This document shows positions 39,576 to 49,318 of a DNA stretch of 64,000 nt, piece after piece. Position 1 is the stretch's first letter, and every line of letters begins with the position of its first letter. A program made the position numbers and the translations under genes. Where the stretch lies: the NCBI GenBank assembly GCA_963560035.1, contig CAUWMZ010000002.1, positions 35,685-99,684 on the forward strand, written 5' to 3'. Source of the DNA: an uncultured Parabacteroides sp. Lineage in GTDB: Bacteria; Bacteroidota; Bacteroidia; Bacteroidales; Tannerellaceae. The notes beneath the pieces were generated by a model that did no database searches, had not been told where the DNA came from, and saw only the letters and a program-made list of their open reading frames with translations.

Positions 39576-40730
39576 ATGAAACAAATATCTGCAAAATTGC
39601 TAGCTGTAGTATGCGTGGTGCTGCTTTTTACAGCTTGTAAACATAATTCTGATTTTACTGTTGAAGGAGTTGTTTCCGGAGGTGACGGTAAGATGATGTA
39701 TTTAGAGAATGTCGGCGTATCGGCTGTTGAGTTGATGGACTCTGTAAAGTTGACTGCGGCTGGTAAATTCTCATTTAAGAAGCCCCGTCCTGATTATCCT
39801 GATTTTTATCGTTTGCGATTGAATAATCAATTAATAAATTTCGCTATTGACTCAACAGAGACTATTTCTTTTGTCGCTGATGCGGAGACATTCGCGACGT
39901 CTTATACGGTGGAAGGATCGGAGAATTGTAAGGCTATAAAGAATATAACATTGGCTCAGTTAGATGCGAATCAAGTTATCCAAAGGTTGAGAAAAGAGGC
40001 TGAGTCTGGCGCTTTGGCCGATTCGTCTTATTCTCGTCAGGTTCGTGAGATTGCGGAGTCTTATAAAGCAATAGCTCGTAAGTATATTTATTCAGCACCA
40101 ATGTCTACCGCTGCTTATTTTGCTCTTTTTCAGCAGATCGACGGCTTGTTGTTCTTTGATTTATATGATAAGAATGATTCAAGAGCTTATGGTGCGGTAG
40201 CTACAAGTTATGATCATTTCTATCCAGAAAGTCCGAGAGCGAAACATTTATATAATTTAGCGCTTCAATCAATGAAAGTTATTCGTAGTCAGCGTCCTGT
40301 TGATTTGGATCAGGTAGCGACAAAAGAGGTTAGCTATTTAGATATAGAACTACCTAATATACAGGGTGAAAATGTGAAGCTTTCGTCTGTGGCTAAAGAA
40401 AAGGTTGTGTTGATTAATTTTACGGCATATATGTCCGAATGGTCTCCTGCGATGAACATGGCATTCCGTGATTTATATACAAAATATCATCCAACAGGTT
40501 TAGAAATTTATCAGATATCATTGGATGGTGATTTGCATTTTTGGAAGAATGCGGCATCTAATTTGCCATGGACTTGTGTTCGTGATCCTCAATCTGTCTA
40601 TTCTCAAGTGGCTGCTCTTTATAATGTGAAGCAACTACCTTCAATTTTTATTTTGGATCGAAAAGGAAATTTGATTAAGTGGACAGATGATTTGAAAAAA
40701 TTAGATGAGAAGATCAAGTCATTACTTTGA
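39576..40730 (+). CDS. Lipoprotein with DUF4369-like N-domain and C-terminal AhpC/TSA (thioredoxin-like) domain lacking CxxC
   Basis: Lipobox FTAC; VVLINF, GLEIYQISLD, LPWTCVRD and YNVKQLPSIFILDRKG match TlpA-like folds; WCxxC is replaced by YMSEWS. Confidence 0.75.
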   Translation: MKQISAKLLAVVCVVLLFTACKHNSDFTVEGVVSGGDGKMMYLENVGVSAVELMDSVKLTAAGKFSFKKPRPDYPDFYRLRLNNQLINFAIDSTETISFVADAETFATSYTVEGSENCKAIKNITLAQLDANQVIQRLRKEAESGALADSSYSRQVREIAESYKAIARKYIYSAPMSTAAYFALFQQIDGLLFFDLYDKNDSRAYGAVATSYDHFYPESPRAKHLYNLALQSMKVIRSQRPVDLDQVATKEVSYLDIELPNIQGENVKLSSVAKEKVVLINFTAYMSEWSPAMNMAFRDLYTKYHPTGLEIYQISLDGDLHFWKNAASNLPWTCVRDPQSVYSQVAALYNVKQLPSIFILDRKGNLIKWTDDLKKLDEKIKSLL

Positions 40731-40808
40731 TAAAAGTTTATTGATTTATAGTTAGAAATATATGTTATAAAGCACTATGTGAAACTTGTCCGTCTAAGAA
40801 AGATGGTT

Positions 40809-40816
40809 TAAATTTG
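40809..40816 (+). promoter_or_regulatory. greA promoter: -7 box TAAATTTG with CTTG at the -33 position
   Basis: Exact -7 box; CTTG at 40785-40788 with a 20-nt spacer. Confidence 0.55.
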
Positions 40817-40837
40817 CGAAGTGTTGAGATAAAAATT

Positions 40838-40876
40838 AGGGAAGAGTTCCGGCCAATTTGGTCGGGATTCTTTTTT
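40838..40876 (+). terminator. Terminator-like hairpin in the greA leader (or terminator of the upstream lipoprotein gene)
   Basis: AAGAGTTCCGGCC/GGTCGGGATTCTT stem with G-U pairs, followed by TTTT. Confidence 0.65.
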
Positions 40877-40923
40877 ATTATATGATATTAATAATAATAT
40901 AAAGAAAAAGGAGGAATTTTTAT

Positions 40924-41394
40924 ATGGCTGCTAGTTATATGACAAAAGAAGGCTATGATAAAATTTTAGCTGAAATCAATTATTTGGAAACCGTAAAACG
41001 TCCAGAGATATCAGCCCAAATAGCGGAAGCTAGAGATAAGGGTGATTTGTCCGAGAATGCAGAGTATGATGCCGCAAAAGAGGCACAAGGCATTATGGAG
41101 GCTAAATTGGCACAATTAAAAGGTTTGATCTCTAATGCTCGTTTGATTGATGAGAGTCGTGTGAAAACGGACGAGGTTCAAATTTTGAATAAGGTGAAGA
41201 TTAAGAATACAAAAAATAATGCGGTGATGACTTATACATTAGTCTCAGACTCGGAAGCAAATTTAAAAGAAGGAAAAATTTCTGTTAGTACTCCGATTGC
41301 TCAAGGCTTGATGGGTAAGAAGGTGGGAGATGTAGTAGAAATACGTGTTCCATCAGGAGTGATGACATTTGAAATTATGGACATTTCAATTTAA
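40924..41394 (+). CDS. greA: Transcription elongation factor GreA
   Basis: EARDKGDLSENAEYDAAKE and ISVSTPIAQGLMGKKVGD motifs. Confidence 0.97.
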   Translation: MAASYMTKEGYDKILAEINYLETVKRPEISAQIAEARDKGDLSENAEYDAAKEAQGIMEAKLAQLKGLISNARLIDESRVKTDEVQILNKVKIKNTKNNAVMTYTLVSDSEANLKEGKISVSTPIAQGLMGKKVGDVVEIRVPSGVMTFEIMDISI

Positions 41395-41406
41395 AATAAG
41401 AGGTAT

Positions 41407-41802
41407 ATGGCAACTATTTTTAGTAAGATTGTGGCAGGAGAAATACCTTGTCATAAAGTTGCGGAAGACGATGAATTTTTTGCCTTCCTTGATATCAATC
41501 CTGTGGCTATAGGTCATACTTTGGTAATCCCGAAGAAGGAGATCGATTATATATTTGATATAGATGATCCTATGTTGGGACGAATGATGGCATTCGCTAA
41601 GCGTGTAGCTCGTGCGCAAGAGGCGGCTATTGATTGTAAGCGAGTAGGATTAGCTGTTATGGGCTTAGAGGTGCCTCATGCACATATTCATTTGATACCA
41701 ATAAAGAAAGAGTCAGATATGTATTTTGGGGGTGATAAATTGTCTGTAAATCAGGAAGAATTGGCCTCTATTGCGGCTAAGATCAGGAAAGAATTTAAAT
41801 GA
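41407..41802 (+). CDS. HIT family protein
   Basis: AFLDINP, GHTLVIPK and EVPHAHIHLIP histidine triad. Confidence 0.95.
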   Translation: MATIFSKIVAGEIPCHKVAEDDEFFAFLDINPVAIGHTLVIPKKEIDYIFDIDDPMLGRMMAFAKRVARAQEAAIDCKRVGLAVMGLEVPHAHIHLIPIKKESDMYFGGDKLSVNQEELASIAAKIRKEFK

Positions 41803-41942
41803 TCATTGATAATTTTTTTATTATAAGAAATTGGTTATATTTGTAGCCGTTGTTTTTCCTTTTTTAGGTAGAACAGAGCATTCATAAAGTTAGAAAATGA
41901 TTCATTAGTGGTTTTTACTCATAAATTTGTTAACCTTAGAAG

Positions 41943-41975
41943 AAAGGCCCCTCTGTGATAGAGCGGCCTTTTTTT
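41943..41975. terminator. Bidirectional intrinsic terminator (HIT side / pspC side)
   Basis: AAAGGCC-C-CTCT/AGAG-C-GGCCTTT stem with T7 on the plus strand. Confidence 0.8.
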
Positions 41976-42016
41976 ATGGACACAATGAAAAATAAGAGTC
42001 ATATAAAATATGAACA

Positions 42017-43105
42017 TTATCCAAAGAAGTTATTTAAATAATTATGCCATCCCCCGTAGAACATAGACATTTGGTAAATATATGAGCCGCACATAACGAC
42101 GGATGCGATCCAAAGTATGGTAAGAATCCATTTTGCCAGCTTGGATAACGGTCGCATCTTGAAAAATTGACTGCATATAGCGTATATAATGGCAAAAGTA
42201 GGAATGCCTATGGATAAAATGACACCAACGCAGCCTATTAGTGTTGATGTTAGAGGCGGATTTGTGATAAATTCAGCTCCGAATGCGGGAAATAGATTAT
42301 AGATAGCGCCGGCTCCTCCTGCTAATAGGGCAAATGTTATAACAGCAAAAATGAATATGATAATCGCGAAAATAGGCAATGTGCAAATACCTATTAACAC
42401 AAGGATGACTTTTAAGCTAAAACCCACTATTTGAACGAATGCATCTCCTAGTCTTTGGATAAAGCTTCTAGGTTTCCCGGAGTTGATGAAGTCATTTGTG
42501 TCTTTACAAACTTTTTCGAAACCATCAGTTACTGTTTTGCCAATATTTTCGATAGTGACGCTTTGTCCTCTCATCTCTAATTTTTCAGTAGCGGTATGTG
42601 CCATAGGAATGATGATCCATAATAAAAAGTAGATGGGTATTGTAACTCCATATACGAATATCAGAAGGAACAAGATAATACGTAAAGCGGTTGGATCCCA
42701 ATTCATATAAGCGGCAAAACCTCCGGCTACACCTCCTAGTATGCGATTGTCCGGATCTCTCATTAATCTTTTTTTGTTTGTATGTATTTCTTGATTTTGT
42801 GTTTCTGCTTGCTCCTGTTCCTCTTTTTCAGAGCTCTTCTCGTCTTCAAAGATCTCTTCCGGTTTTCCCATTCGCTTAATGATATCTTCAATGTGTGCAA
42901 TCGTGATGACCTCATAGCCTAGTCTTAATCGATCGTTTAATAATTCTGCTATGCGTGCTTCGAAATCATCCATGATTTCATCAGATCCCTCTTCCTTTTG
43001 AAAATGAATTCGCAAGTTTGAAAGATATTTATCCAATAAAAGATAAGCATCTTCATCAATATTAAAAACGGAACCTCCTAAATTAACAGTTAATGTCTTT
43101 TTCAT
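42017..43105 (-). CDS. PspC domain-containing membrane protein
   Basis: MKKTLTVNLGGSVFNIDEDAY N-terminus, KRLMRDPDNRILGGVAGG PspC motif, several TMs. Confidence 0.9.
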   Translation of the reverse strand: MKKTLTVNLGGSVFNIDEDAYLLLDKYLSNLRIHFQKEEGSDEIMDDFEARIAELLNDRLRLGYEVITIAHIEDIIKRMGKPEEIFEDEKSSEKEEQEQAETQNQEIHTNKKRLMRDPDNRILGGVAGGFAAYMNWDPTALRIILFLLIFVYGVTIPIYFLLWIIIPMAHTATEKLEMRGQSVTIENIGKTVTDGFEKVCKDTNDFINSGKPRSFIQRLGDAFVQIVGFSLKVILVLIGICTLPIFAIIIFIFAVITFALLAGGAGAIYNLFPAFGAEFITNPPLTSTLIGCVGVILSIGIPTFAIIYAICSQFFKMRPLSKLAKWILTILWIASVVMCGSYIYQMSMFYGGWHNYLNNFFG

Positions 43106-43445
43106 CATTCTTTGGTTTTTGTTTATTTTTAATGTGGTTTATTGTGTTGTTGAGTTCCTCCCATGAATTCTCGAGCTCAGTAAGAAATTCTTCACCTCTT
43201 TCTGTCAGTTGATAATATTTACGTGGAGGACCTTGGGTGGATTCTATCCACTGGTAGCTTAAATATCCACTATTTTTCAAGCGAGTTAGAAGGGGATATA
43301 AAGTGCCTTCAACAACAATTAATTTGGCCTCTTGCAAATTTTGGATGATATCAGAAGAGTAGGCCGGCTCTTTTTTGAGAATCAATAGAATGCAATATTC
43401 TAGTGTCCCTTTTCTCATTTGTGATTTTACATTCTCAACGTTCAT
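43083..43445 (-). CDS. PadR family transcriptional regulator
   Basis: QMRKGTLEYCIL, EGTLYPLLTRL and GPPRKYYQLT motifs. Confidence 0.92.
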   Translation of the reverse strand: MNVENVKSQMRKGTLEYCILLILKKEPAYSSDIIQNLQEAKLIVVEGTLYPLLTRLKNSGYLSYQWIESTQGPPRKYYQLTERGEEFLTELENSWEELNNTINHIKNKQKPKNDEKDINC

Positions 43446-43464
43446 CTCTTTTTGTTTTATGTCG

Positions 43465-43504
43465 CAAATGTATGTACAGTGGTTATACTATGCAATACAA
43501 ACTA
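43465..43504 (-). promoter_or_regulatory. padR-pspC promoter (-7 TACATTTG at 43465-43472) with imperfect palindrome over the -33 region
   Basis: Exact -7 box; TACTATGCAATACAAACTA (43486-43504) is 12/19 self-complementary. Confidence 0.45.
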
Positions 43505-43632
43505 CTATTAATTATTATTATTTAACTAAAATAATGCACAATAGTTGCTCTTATGTGTAAAATATGAGTTGATACCATGTCTTTTAGAATAGAAAAACGT
43601 ATTTTTGTCCTATCAATTCAAAATAGGGAATT

Positions 43633-45444
43633 ATGATTTATTATCATTTTGCCGAATTAGTAGATCGTCAGGCAGAAAAATACGGGAATCGTACAGCATT
43701 AAAGTACCGTGATAGCGAGAGTGGAAAATGGTTAAAGATTTCATGGAATGAATTTGCTGAGAAAGTACGGCTCACAGCTGTAGCAATGGCAGAATTTGGT
43801 CTGCAGGTACAAGAAAATATTGGAGTGTATTCCCAAAATATGCCTCAATGTTTATTTACGTATTTTGGAGCCTATTCCAACCGAGTGGCAGATGTTCCTA
43901 TGTATGCCACTAGTTCGCCAGATCAAATAGCATTTATCGTTAAAGATGCGGCTATTCATACTTTGTTTGTTGGAGAACAGCAACAATATAATAATGCGTT
44001 TCTTGTTCAGCGGCAAATGCCTGATATATTAAAACGCTTAATTATATTCGATCCATCCGTAAAGGTGAATCCTGAAGATAAAACATCTATTTATTTTGAT
44101 GATTTTATACGTTTGGGAGATAATGCTCATGCAAGTAGTACTGTAAAAATACGTACTCGAGAGGCTATGCCTGAGGATGTAGCTACAATTATTTACACGT
44201 CAGGAACCACTGGTCGTTCTAAAGGTGTCGTATTGACTCATGCTAATTATTTGGAGGCAATGCGTACTCATGCTATTCGTATTCCTCAAGTAACAGATAA
44301 GGATTTATCTATGTGTTTTTTGCCATTGACTCATATCTTTGAGAGGGGTTGGACAATGGTTTGCTTGACAAAAGGAACAGTTGTCGCGGTAAATCAAGAT
44401 CCTAAAAGAATACAGCAATCATTGAAAGAGGTGAATCCTACGGTTATGTGTAGTGTTCCTCGTTTTTGGGAGAAAGTATATATTGGCGTACAGGAGAAGA
44501 TACGAAATTCAAGTGGGGCGATGCGTAGTGTATTCGAAGACGCTATTCGCACGGGGCATGCTTATTATTTAGATTATAAGCGTAAGGGCATCACTCCCCC
44601 TTTGTTGTTAAGTCTTAAATTCCAAATGTATCGTAAGACGGTATTTTCTGTGTTGAAACGAGTGTTAGGTTTGCAAAATGGCCGTTTTTTCCCTGTCGCC
44701 GGTGCGCCATTGGCGGATAATGTGCTTGAGTTCTTGCTCTCTGTTGATATGCCTATTCGCTATGGATATGGATTGAGCGAGACAACAGCTACTGTTTGTT
44801 TCTTTCCCGAAGAACATTATGAGATAGGTTCTATTGGACAGGTTATGCCTGATTTGCAGGTGCGAATTGATCCGGAGAATAGTGAGATATTAGTGAAAGG
44901 TAAGACTGTGATGACCGGTTATTATAAATTGCCAGAAGAAAATGCGAAGAGTTTCACGGAGGATGGCTTTTTCCGTACAGGTGATGCGGGTCGTCTAGAA
45001 GGGAATACACTTTATTTTAAGGAACGTATAAAAGACTTGTATAAGACTTCTAACGGAAAATACATCGCACCTCAGTCTATAGAATTAAGTATTACAAGTG
45101 ATCCTTATATTGAGCAAGTTGCAGTGATAGGTGATCAGCGGAAATTTGTCAGCGCGTTGATCGTTCCTTCTTTCTCCTTATTGGAGGATTACGCGAAGAC
45201 TCATCAGATATCGTATGAGAATAGAGGAGATTTATTAAGTAATCCAATTATTTATAAGTTGATAGAGTCGCGAGTAGAGTCACGTCAGCAGCATTTGGCG
45301 GCATTTGAGAAGATAAAAAGATTTAGATTGTTGCCTAAACCTTTTACAATAGAGAGTGGGGAATTAACTGATACATTAAAGCTTCGTCGTCGTGTAATAT
45401 TGGAGCGTTATGCTTCTTTGATCGAGGATATGTATCAAGAATAA
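43633..45444 (+). CDS. Long-chain fatty acid-CoA ligase
   Basis: IYTSGTTGRSKG, LPLTHIFE, GYGLSET, FRTGDAG and KDLYKTSNGKYIAP motifs; -7 box TATTTTTG at 43600-43607. Confidence 0.92.
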   Translation: MIYYHFAELVDRQAEKYGNRTALKYRDSESGKWLKISWNEFAEKVRLTAVAMAEFGLQVQENIGVYSQNMPQCLFTYFGAYSNRVADVPMYATSSPDQIAFIVKDAAIHTLFVGEQQQYNNAFLVQRQMPDILKRLIIFDPSVKVNPEDKTSIYFDDFIRLGDNAHASSTVKIRTREAMPEDVATIIYTSGTTGRSKGVVLTHANYLEAMRTHAIRIPQVTDKDLSMCFLPLTHIFERGWTMVCLTKGTVVAVNQDPKRIQQSLKEVNPTVMCSVPRFWEKVYIGVQEKIRNSSGAMRSVFEDAIRTGHAYYLDYKRKGITPPLLLSLKFQMYRKTVFSVLKRVLGLQNGRFFPVAGAPLADNVLEFLLSVDMPIRYGYGLSETTATVCFFPEEHYEIGSIGQVMPDLQVRIDPENSEILVKGKTVMTGYYKLPEENAKSFTEDGFFRTGDAGRLEGNTLYFKERIKDLYKTSNGKYIAPQSIELSITSDPYIEQVAVIGDQRKFVSALIVPSFSLLEDYAKTHQISYENRGDLLSNPIIYKLIESRVESRQQHLAAFEKIKRFRLLPKPFTIESGELTDTLKLRRRVILERYASLIEDMYQE

Positions 45445-45489
45445 TTATGTATATTTGCCTGTAAATTTTTAATATAGAAACGAATAAAT

Positions 45490-46615
45490 ATGATTACATC
45501 AGACCAGCTACACAACGTGTTGGAGCGCGAGCAAGCGCTGAGGGGGTATCTTTGACATTGATGGCAAAACGATTCAATTAGAAGAGGAAGAACTTCGTAC
45601 GCAAGATCCTGGATTTTGGGAAGATGCCAAACGTGCGGAGATTCAGATGAAAAAGGTGAAAGAACTGAAGAAGTGGATAGAGCTTTATGGCGAAGTTCAT
45701 GCCGCAGCCGAAGAGCTTCAGTTGGCCTATGAATATGTAAAAGAAGAGATTATTTCAGAAGAGGAAGTGGATGATGCTTATAAAAAGGCATTCCACCTAT
45801 TAGAGGAGTTAGAGTTCCGTAATATGCTTCGTGATGAAGCGGATCAGATGAGCTGTGTCCTTAAGATTAACTCGGGCGCAGGTGGAACAGAAAGTCAGGA
45901 CTGGGCATCCATGTTGATGCGAATGTATCAAAGATGGGCCGAGAATAATGGTTATAAGGTTTCTATCGCGAACTATCAAGAGGGAGATGAGGCTGGTATA
46001 AAAACCGTAACCATGAACGTAGAGGGCGACTATGCCTATGGTTATTTAAAGAGTGAGAATGGTGTTCACCGTTTAGTGAGAGTCTCTCCTTACAATGCGC
46101 AAGGTAAGCGTATGACCTCTTTTGCTTCAGTCTTCGTTACTCCATTAGTAGACGATACGATAGAGGTGAAGGTGGATCCTGCCGCAATGTCTTGGGATAC
46201 CTTCCGATCTGGCGGTGCTGGTGGGCAGAACGTGAATAAGGTCGAATCCGGCGTTCGCTTGCGCTATCAATTTAAGGATCCTTATACAGGAGAAGAAGAG
46301 GAGATCTTGATTGAAAATACAGAGACAAGAGATCAGCCTAAAAATAGAGAGAATGCGTTACGTCAATTGCGCTCTATTTTGTATGATAAGGAGTTGCAAC
46401 ATCGTATGGCTGAGCAGGCAAAAGTTGAGGCTGGAAAGAAAAAGATCGAATGGGGATCTCAAATACGTAGCTATGTGTTTGATGACCGTCGAGTGAAAGA
46501 TCATCGAACAAATTATCAGACATCAGATGTCAATGGAGTGATGGATGGTAAGATAGACGATTTTATTAAGGCTTATTTGATGGAGTTCGCGGGAAGCGAA
46601 AGCGCGGAGAAGTGA
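45490..46615 (+). CDS. prfB: Peptide chain release factor 2 (programmed +1 frameshift)
   Basis: ORF0 MITSDQLHNVLEREQALRGYL stops at TGA 45553-45555; the +1 frame continues DIDGKTIQ into the ORF-track protein with SPY/SFAS and GGQ motifs; -7 box TATATTTG at 45450-45457. Confidence 0.97.
45541..45556 (+). promoter_or_regulatory. prfB frameshift cassette (internal SD-like AGGGGG + CTT TGA C)
   Basis: AGGGGGTATCTTTGAC matches the canonical RF2 autoregulatory site. Confidence 0.95.
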
Positions 46616-46645
46616 AATTTAAGATTTATATTTGATTAGAACGCA

Positions 46646-48703
46646 ATGAAATATTCTAATTCATTATTTTTGTTTGGAGCGGGTTTGTTGTCTTTATTTT
46701 CATGTAAAGATGCTCCGGCTCCAGCCCCTATATTGCCAGTTCCTACACCAGCTCAGGTAGAATGGCATAAGTTGGAAACTTATGCGTTTGTTCATTTTGG
46801 CTTAAATACGTTTAATGATCTGGAGTGGGGGTATGGTGACACTCCGGCTTCTACGTTTAATCCGACAGATTTGGATTGTGAGCAATGGGTGAAAACTATT
46901 AAGGCTGCCGGATTAAAGGGTGTGATCTTAACAACTAAACATCATGATGGGTTCTGCTTATGGCCTACCGCTACAACTGAATATAGCGTGAAAAACTCGC
47001 CTTGGAAGAATGGAAAAGGCGATATGGTGAAGGAGTTGTCAGATGCATGTAAAAAACATGGATTGAAATTTGGAGTTTATTTGTCTCCTTGGGATAGAAA
47101 TAGTGACAATTACGGTCGTCCTGGATATGTGGAGAAATTCCATGCTCAGTTGCATGAGCTGGTTACCAATTATGGCCCTTTATTTGAATATTGGTTTGAT
47201 GGAGCCAATGGTGGTAATGGCTGGTATGGTGGTAGCAACGAAACTCGTTCGATAGACCCGGTTACTTACTATCAATATGAGCGTGCGCACGATACACTTA
47301 AGGCTCATCATCCAAATATTATAGTGTTTGGAGGAACAGTTCCAGACATTCGTTGGATTGGAAATGAGGAAGGTTGGGCAGGCGATACGCAATGGAGCAT
47401 GTTCTATTCAGAACCGGAATTGCCAAACTTTAAGCAGAGCGTTTGGGGTGACGAGAATGCGCCCTCTTGGCTAGGTGGAGAGTGTGATGTCTCTATGCGT
47501 CCTGGTTGGTTCTATCATTCTCGTGAAGATCATCAAGTTAAGTCTTTGGCTAAATTGGTGGATCTTTATTATCGTAGTGTGGGACATAATGCTAATTTCT
47601 TGTTGAATTTTCCTATTGCCCTGAACGGAAAGATTAGTCCGACAGATTCTTTACGGGCGGTTGAATGGCATCAGACAATTTTAAACGATTTCAAGGAAAA
47701 TCTATTGCAGGGTTGTTATGTGGAAGCTTCTAACAAAAGAGGTAGAAATTTTGGTCCCAATAAGACAGTTGATGGAGATTGGGATACCTATTGGGCTACG
47801 GAAGACGGCGTAAATACAGGGTCTTTGACATTTACATTGACTCATCCGACCGATGTAAACCGTTTGGTTATTCAAGAATATATACCATTAGGACAACGTG
47901 TGCGGGCTTTTAATATTGAATTGCAGCAGCAAGGTAAATGGGTTCCGGCACAGCCTGTTGATTCTACCACGACAGTGGGTTATAAACGAATCATTCGTTT
48001 CCAAACAGCGAAGGCGGAGAAGCTTCGTGTTAATTTCACGGATGCTCGTGGACCTCTTTGCATTAACACGGTTGAGGCTTATCTCGCCCCTGCTTTAGTG
48101 ACAGAGCCTGTGATCTCTCGTAATATGAAAGATGAGGTGACTATTTTGGCGGGAGATAAGGCTTCTGAGGTGCATTATACTGTTGATGGAACAGAACCGA
48201 CCAAAGATTCTCCATTGTATGAGGCTCCTTTTGAATTTGCGCAGAAGGGAACGGTGAAGGCGATAGCTTATGATCGAACCTTTGATAAGACGAGTGTCGT
48301 TTCTGTCCGTTCTTTTGATATTCCGGCAAAAGATTATACGCTTGTGTCTCCAAAGGGTGATGGAGTTGATGTGATCTTGGATGGTAATGGGTATACAACT
48401 TATTATTTACCTCAAGGAATGCGTGATTTGGTGTTGAGTTTAGCGCAAGAAAAGGAAATTTCAGGGTTCTGTTATACTCCAAATCAAGGGCGTGATGCTA
48501 TTGGTCATATTTCCAATTATCAACTATTTGTTGATGGTAAGAAAGTGGCGGAAGGTGAGTTCTCAAATATTAAGGCAAATCCGATAGAGCAGGAGATACG
48601 TTTCCCGAAAGTGAAAGGGCGTCAAGTGCGTTTTGTCGCGACTCGTATCGTGGATAATAAGCCGCAAGCTGGTATTGGCGAATTTTCTGTGATAACAGAG
48701 TAA
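46646..48703 (+). CDS. Alpha-L-fucosidase (GH29) lipoprotein with F5/8 type C and chitobiase/FN3-like domains
   Basis: Lipobox LFSC; [32 protein letters not shown] and [12 protein letters not shown] motifs. Confidence 0.92.
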   Translation: MKYSNSLFLFGAGLLSLFSCKDAPAPAPILPVPTPAQVEWHKLETYAFVHFGLNTFNDLEWGYGDTPASTFNPTDLDCEQWVKTIKAAGLKGVILTTKHHDGFCLWPTATTEYSVKNSPWKNGKGDMVKELSDACKKHGLKFGVYLSPWDRNSDNYGRPGYVEKFHAQLHELVTNYGPLFEYWFDGANGGNGWYGGSNETRSIDPVTYYQYERAHDTLKAHHPNIIVFGGTVPDIRWIGNEEGWAGDTQWSMFYSEPELPNFKQSVWGDENAPSWLGGECDVSMRPGWFYHSREDHQVKSLAKLVDLYYRSVGHNANFLLNFPIALNGKISPTDSLRAVEWHQTILNDFKENLLQGCYVEASNKRGRNFGPNKTVDGDWDTYWATEDGVNTGSLTFTLTHPTDVNRLVIQEYIPLGQRVRAFNIELQQQGKWVPAQPVDSTTTVGYKRIIRFQTAKAEKLRVNFTDARGPLCINTVEAYLAPALVTEPVISRNMKDEVTILAGDKASEVHYTVDGTEPTKDSPLYEAPFEFAQKGTVKAIAYDRTFDKTSVVSVRSFDIPAKDYTLVSPKGDGVDVILDGNGYTTYYLPQGMRDLVLSLAQEKEISGFCYTPNQGRDAIGHISNYQLFVDGKKVAEGEFSNIKANPIEQEIRFPKVKGRQVRFVATRIVDNKPQAGIGEFSVITE

Positions 48704-48722
48704 TTTGATCTTTATATTTTTG

Positions 48723-48771
48723 AAGAGGGGATTATCAATGAGTGTAAAAACTCATGATAATCTCCTCTTTT
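48723..48771 (+). terminator. Long-stem terminator of the fucosidase gene
   Basis: AAGAGGGGATTATCA-ATGAGT/ACTCAT-GATAATCTCCTCTT followed by TT. Confidence 0.75.
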
Positions 48772-48807
48772 GTTTAATTGTTTTGTAACTATATGGTTTA
48801 CAGTATA

Positions 48808-48901
48808 TTAAGTGAATAGTTAATCGCTTGTCAAGTGAATAACTATTCACTAGGGGTAGTGATTAACTAATCTAACAACAAGTGAATAGTTATTCACTTA
48901 A
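48808..48901. repeat. 94-bp TTAA-bounded nested-palindrome element, copy B
   Basis: 24-bp imperfect terminal inverted repeats (20/24); four AAGTG-N10-CACTT-like units; homologous to 32794-32887 in reverse orientation. Confidence 0.8.
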
Positions 48902-49019
48902 AATAGGCTTAATAGTTCTTGAAAATCGATAGTGGTAAGAGGAGGAAACAGTGGTGTAAGTTGAGATACAGTAAGGATAATCACGACAACAAAATAGGGG
49001 AAAAAGGATTTTTGATGGA

Positions 49020-49064
49020 TAAAAAGAAGAAGTCCCATCGCGAAAATTATCGTGACGGGACTTC
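49020..49064 (-). terminator. Intrinsic terminator of the tRNA gene
   Basis: GAAGTCCC...GGGACTTC stem followed by TTCTTTTT on the minus strand. Confidence 0.8.
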
Positions 49065-49072
49065 CCAATAAG

Positions 49073-49146
49073 TGGTCCCACTTGGGCTTGAACCAAGGAC
49101 TCCCTGATTATGAGTCAGGTGCTCTAACCAACTGAGCTATAGGACC
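49073..49146 (-). tRNA. tRNA with CAT anticodon, most likely tRNA-Ile2 (lysidine-modified)
   Basis: GGTCCTATAGCTCAGTTGGTTAGAGCACCTGACTCATAATCAGGGAGTCCTTGGTTCAAGCCCAAGTGGGACCA; cloverleaf; C4-G69 and C5-G68 pairs (TilS determinants), G1-C72 (not initiator); CCA not encoded. Confidence 0.9.
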
Positions 49147-49318
49147 TATTCGGAGAATATCTCTGAAATCGGGTGCAATATTACGACATATTCTTGATAT
49201 ATGCAAGCGTTAAATCAAAAAACTTTAAATATCAATTGGAAATTTTGAAATGTACATCAATGTAATATAATCAATATTATAACATATAATATTGATTATT
49301 AGTAAAATATCCATAAAT

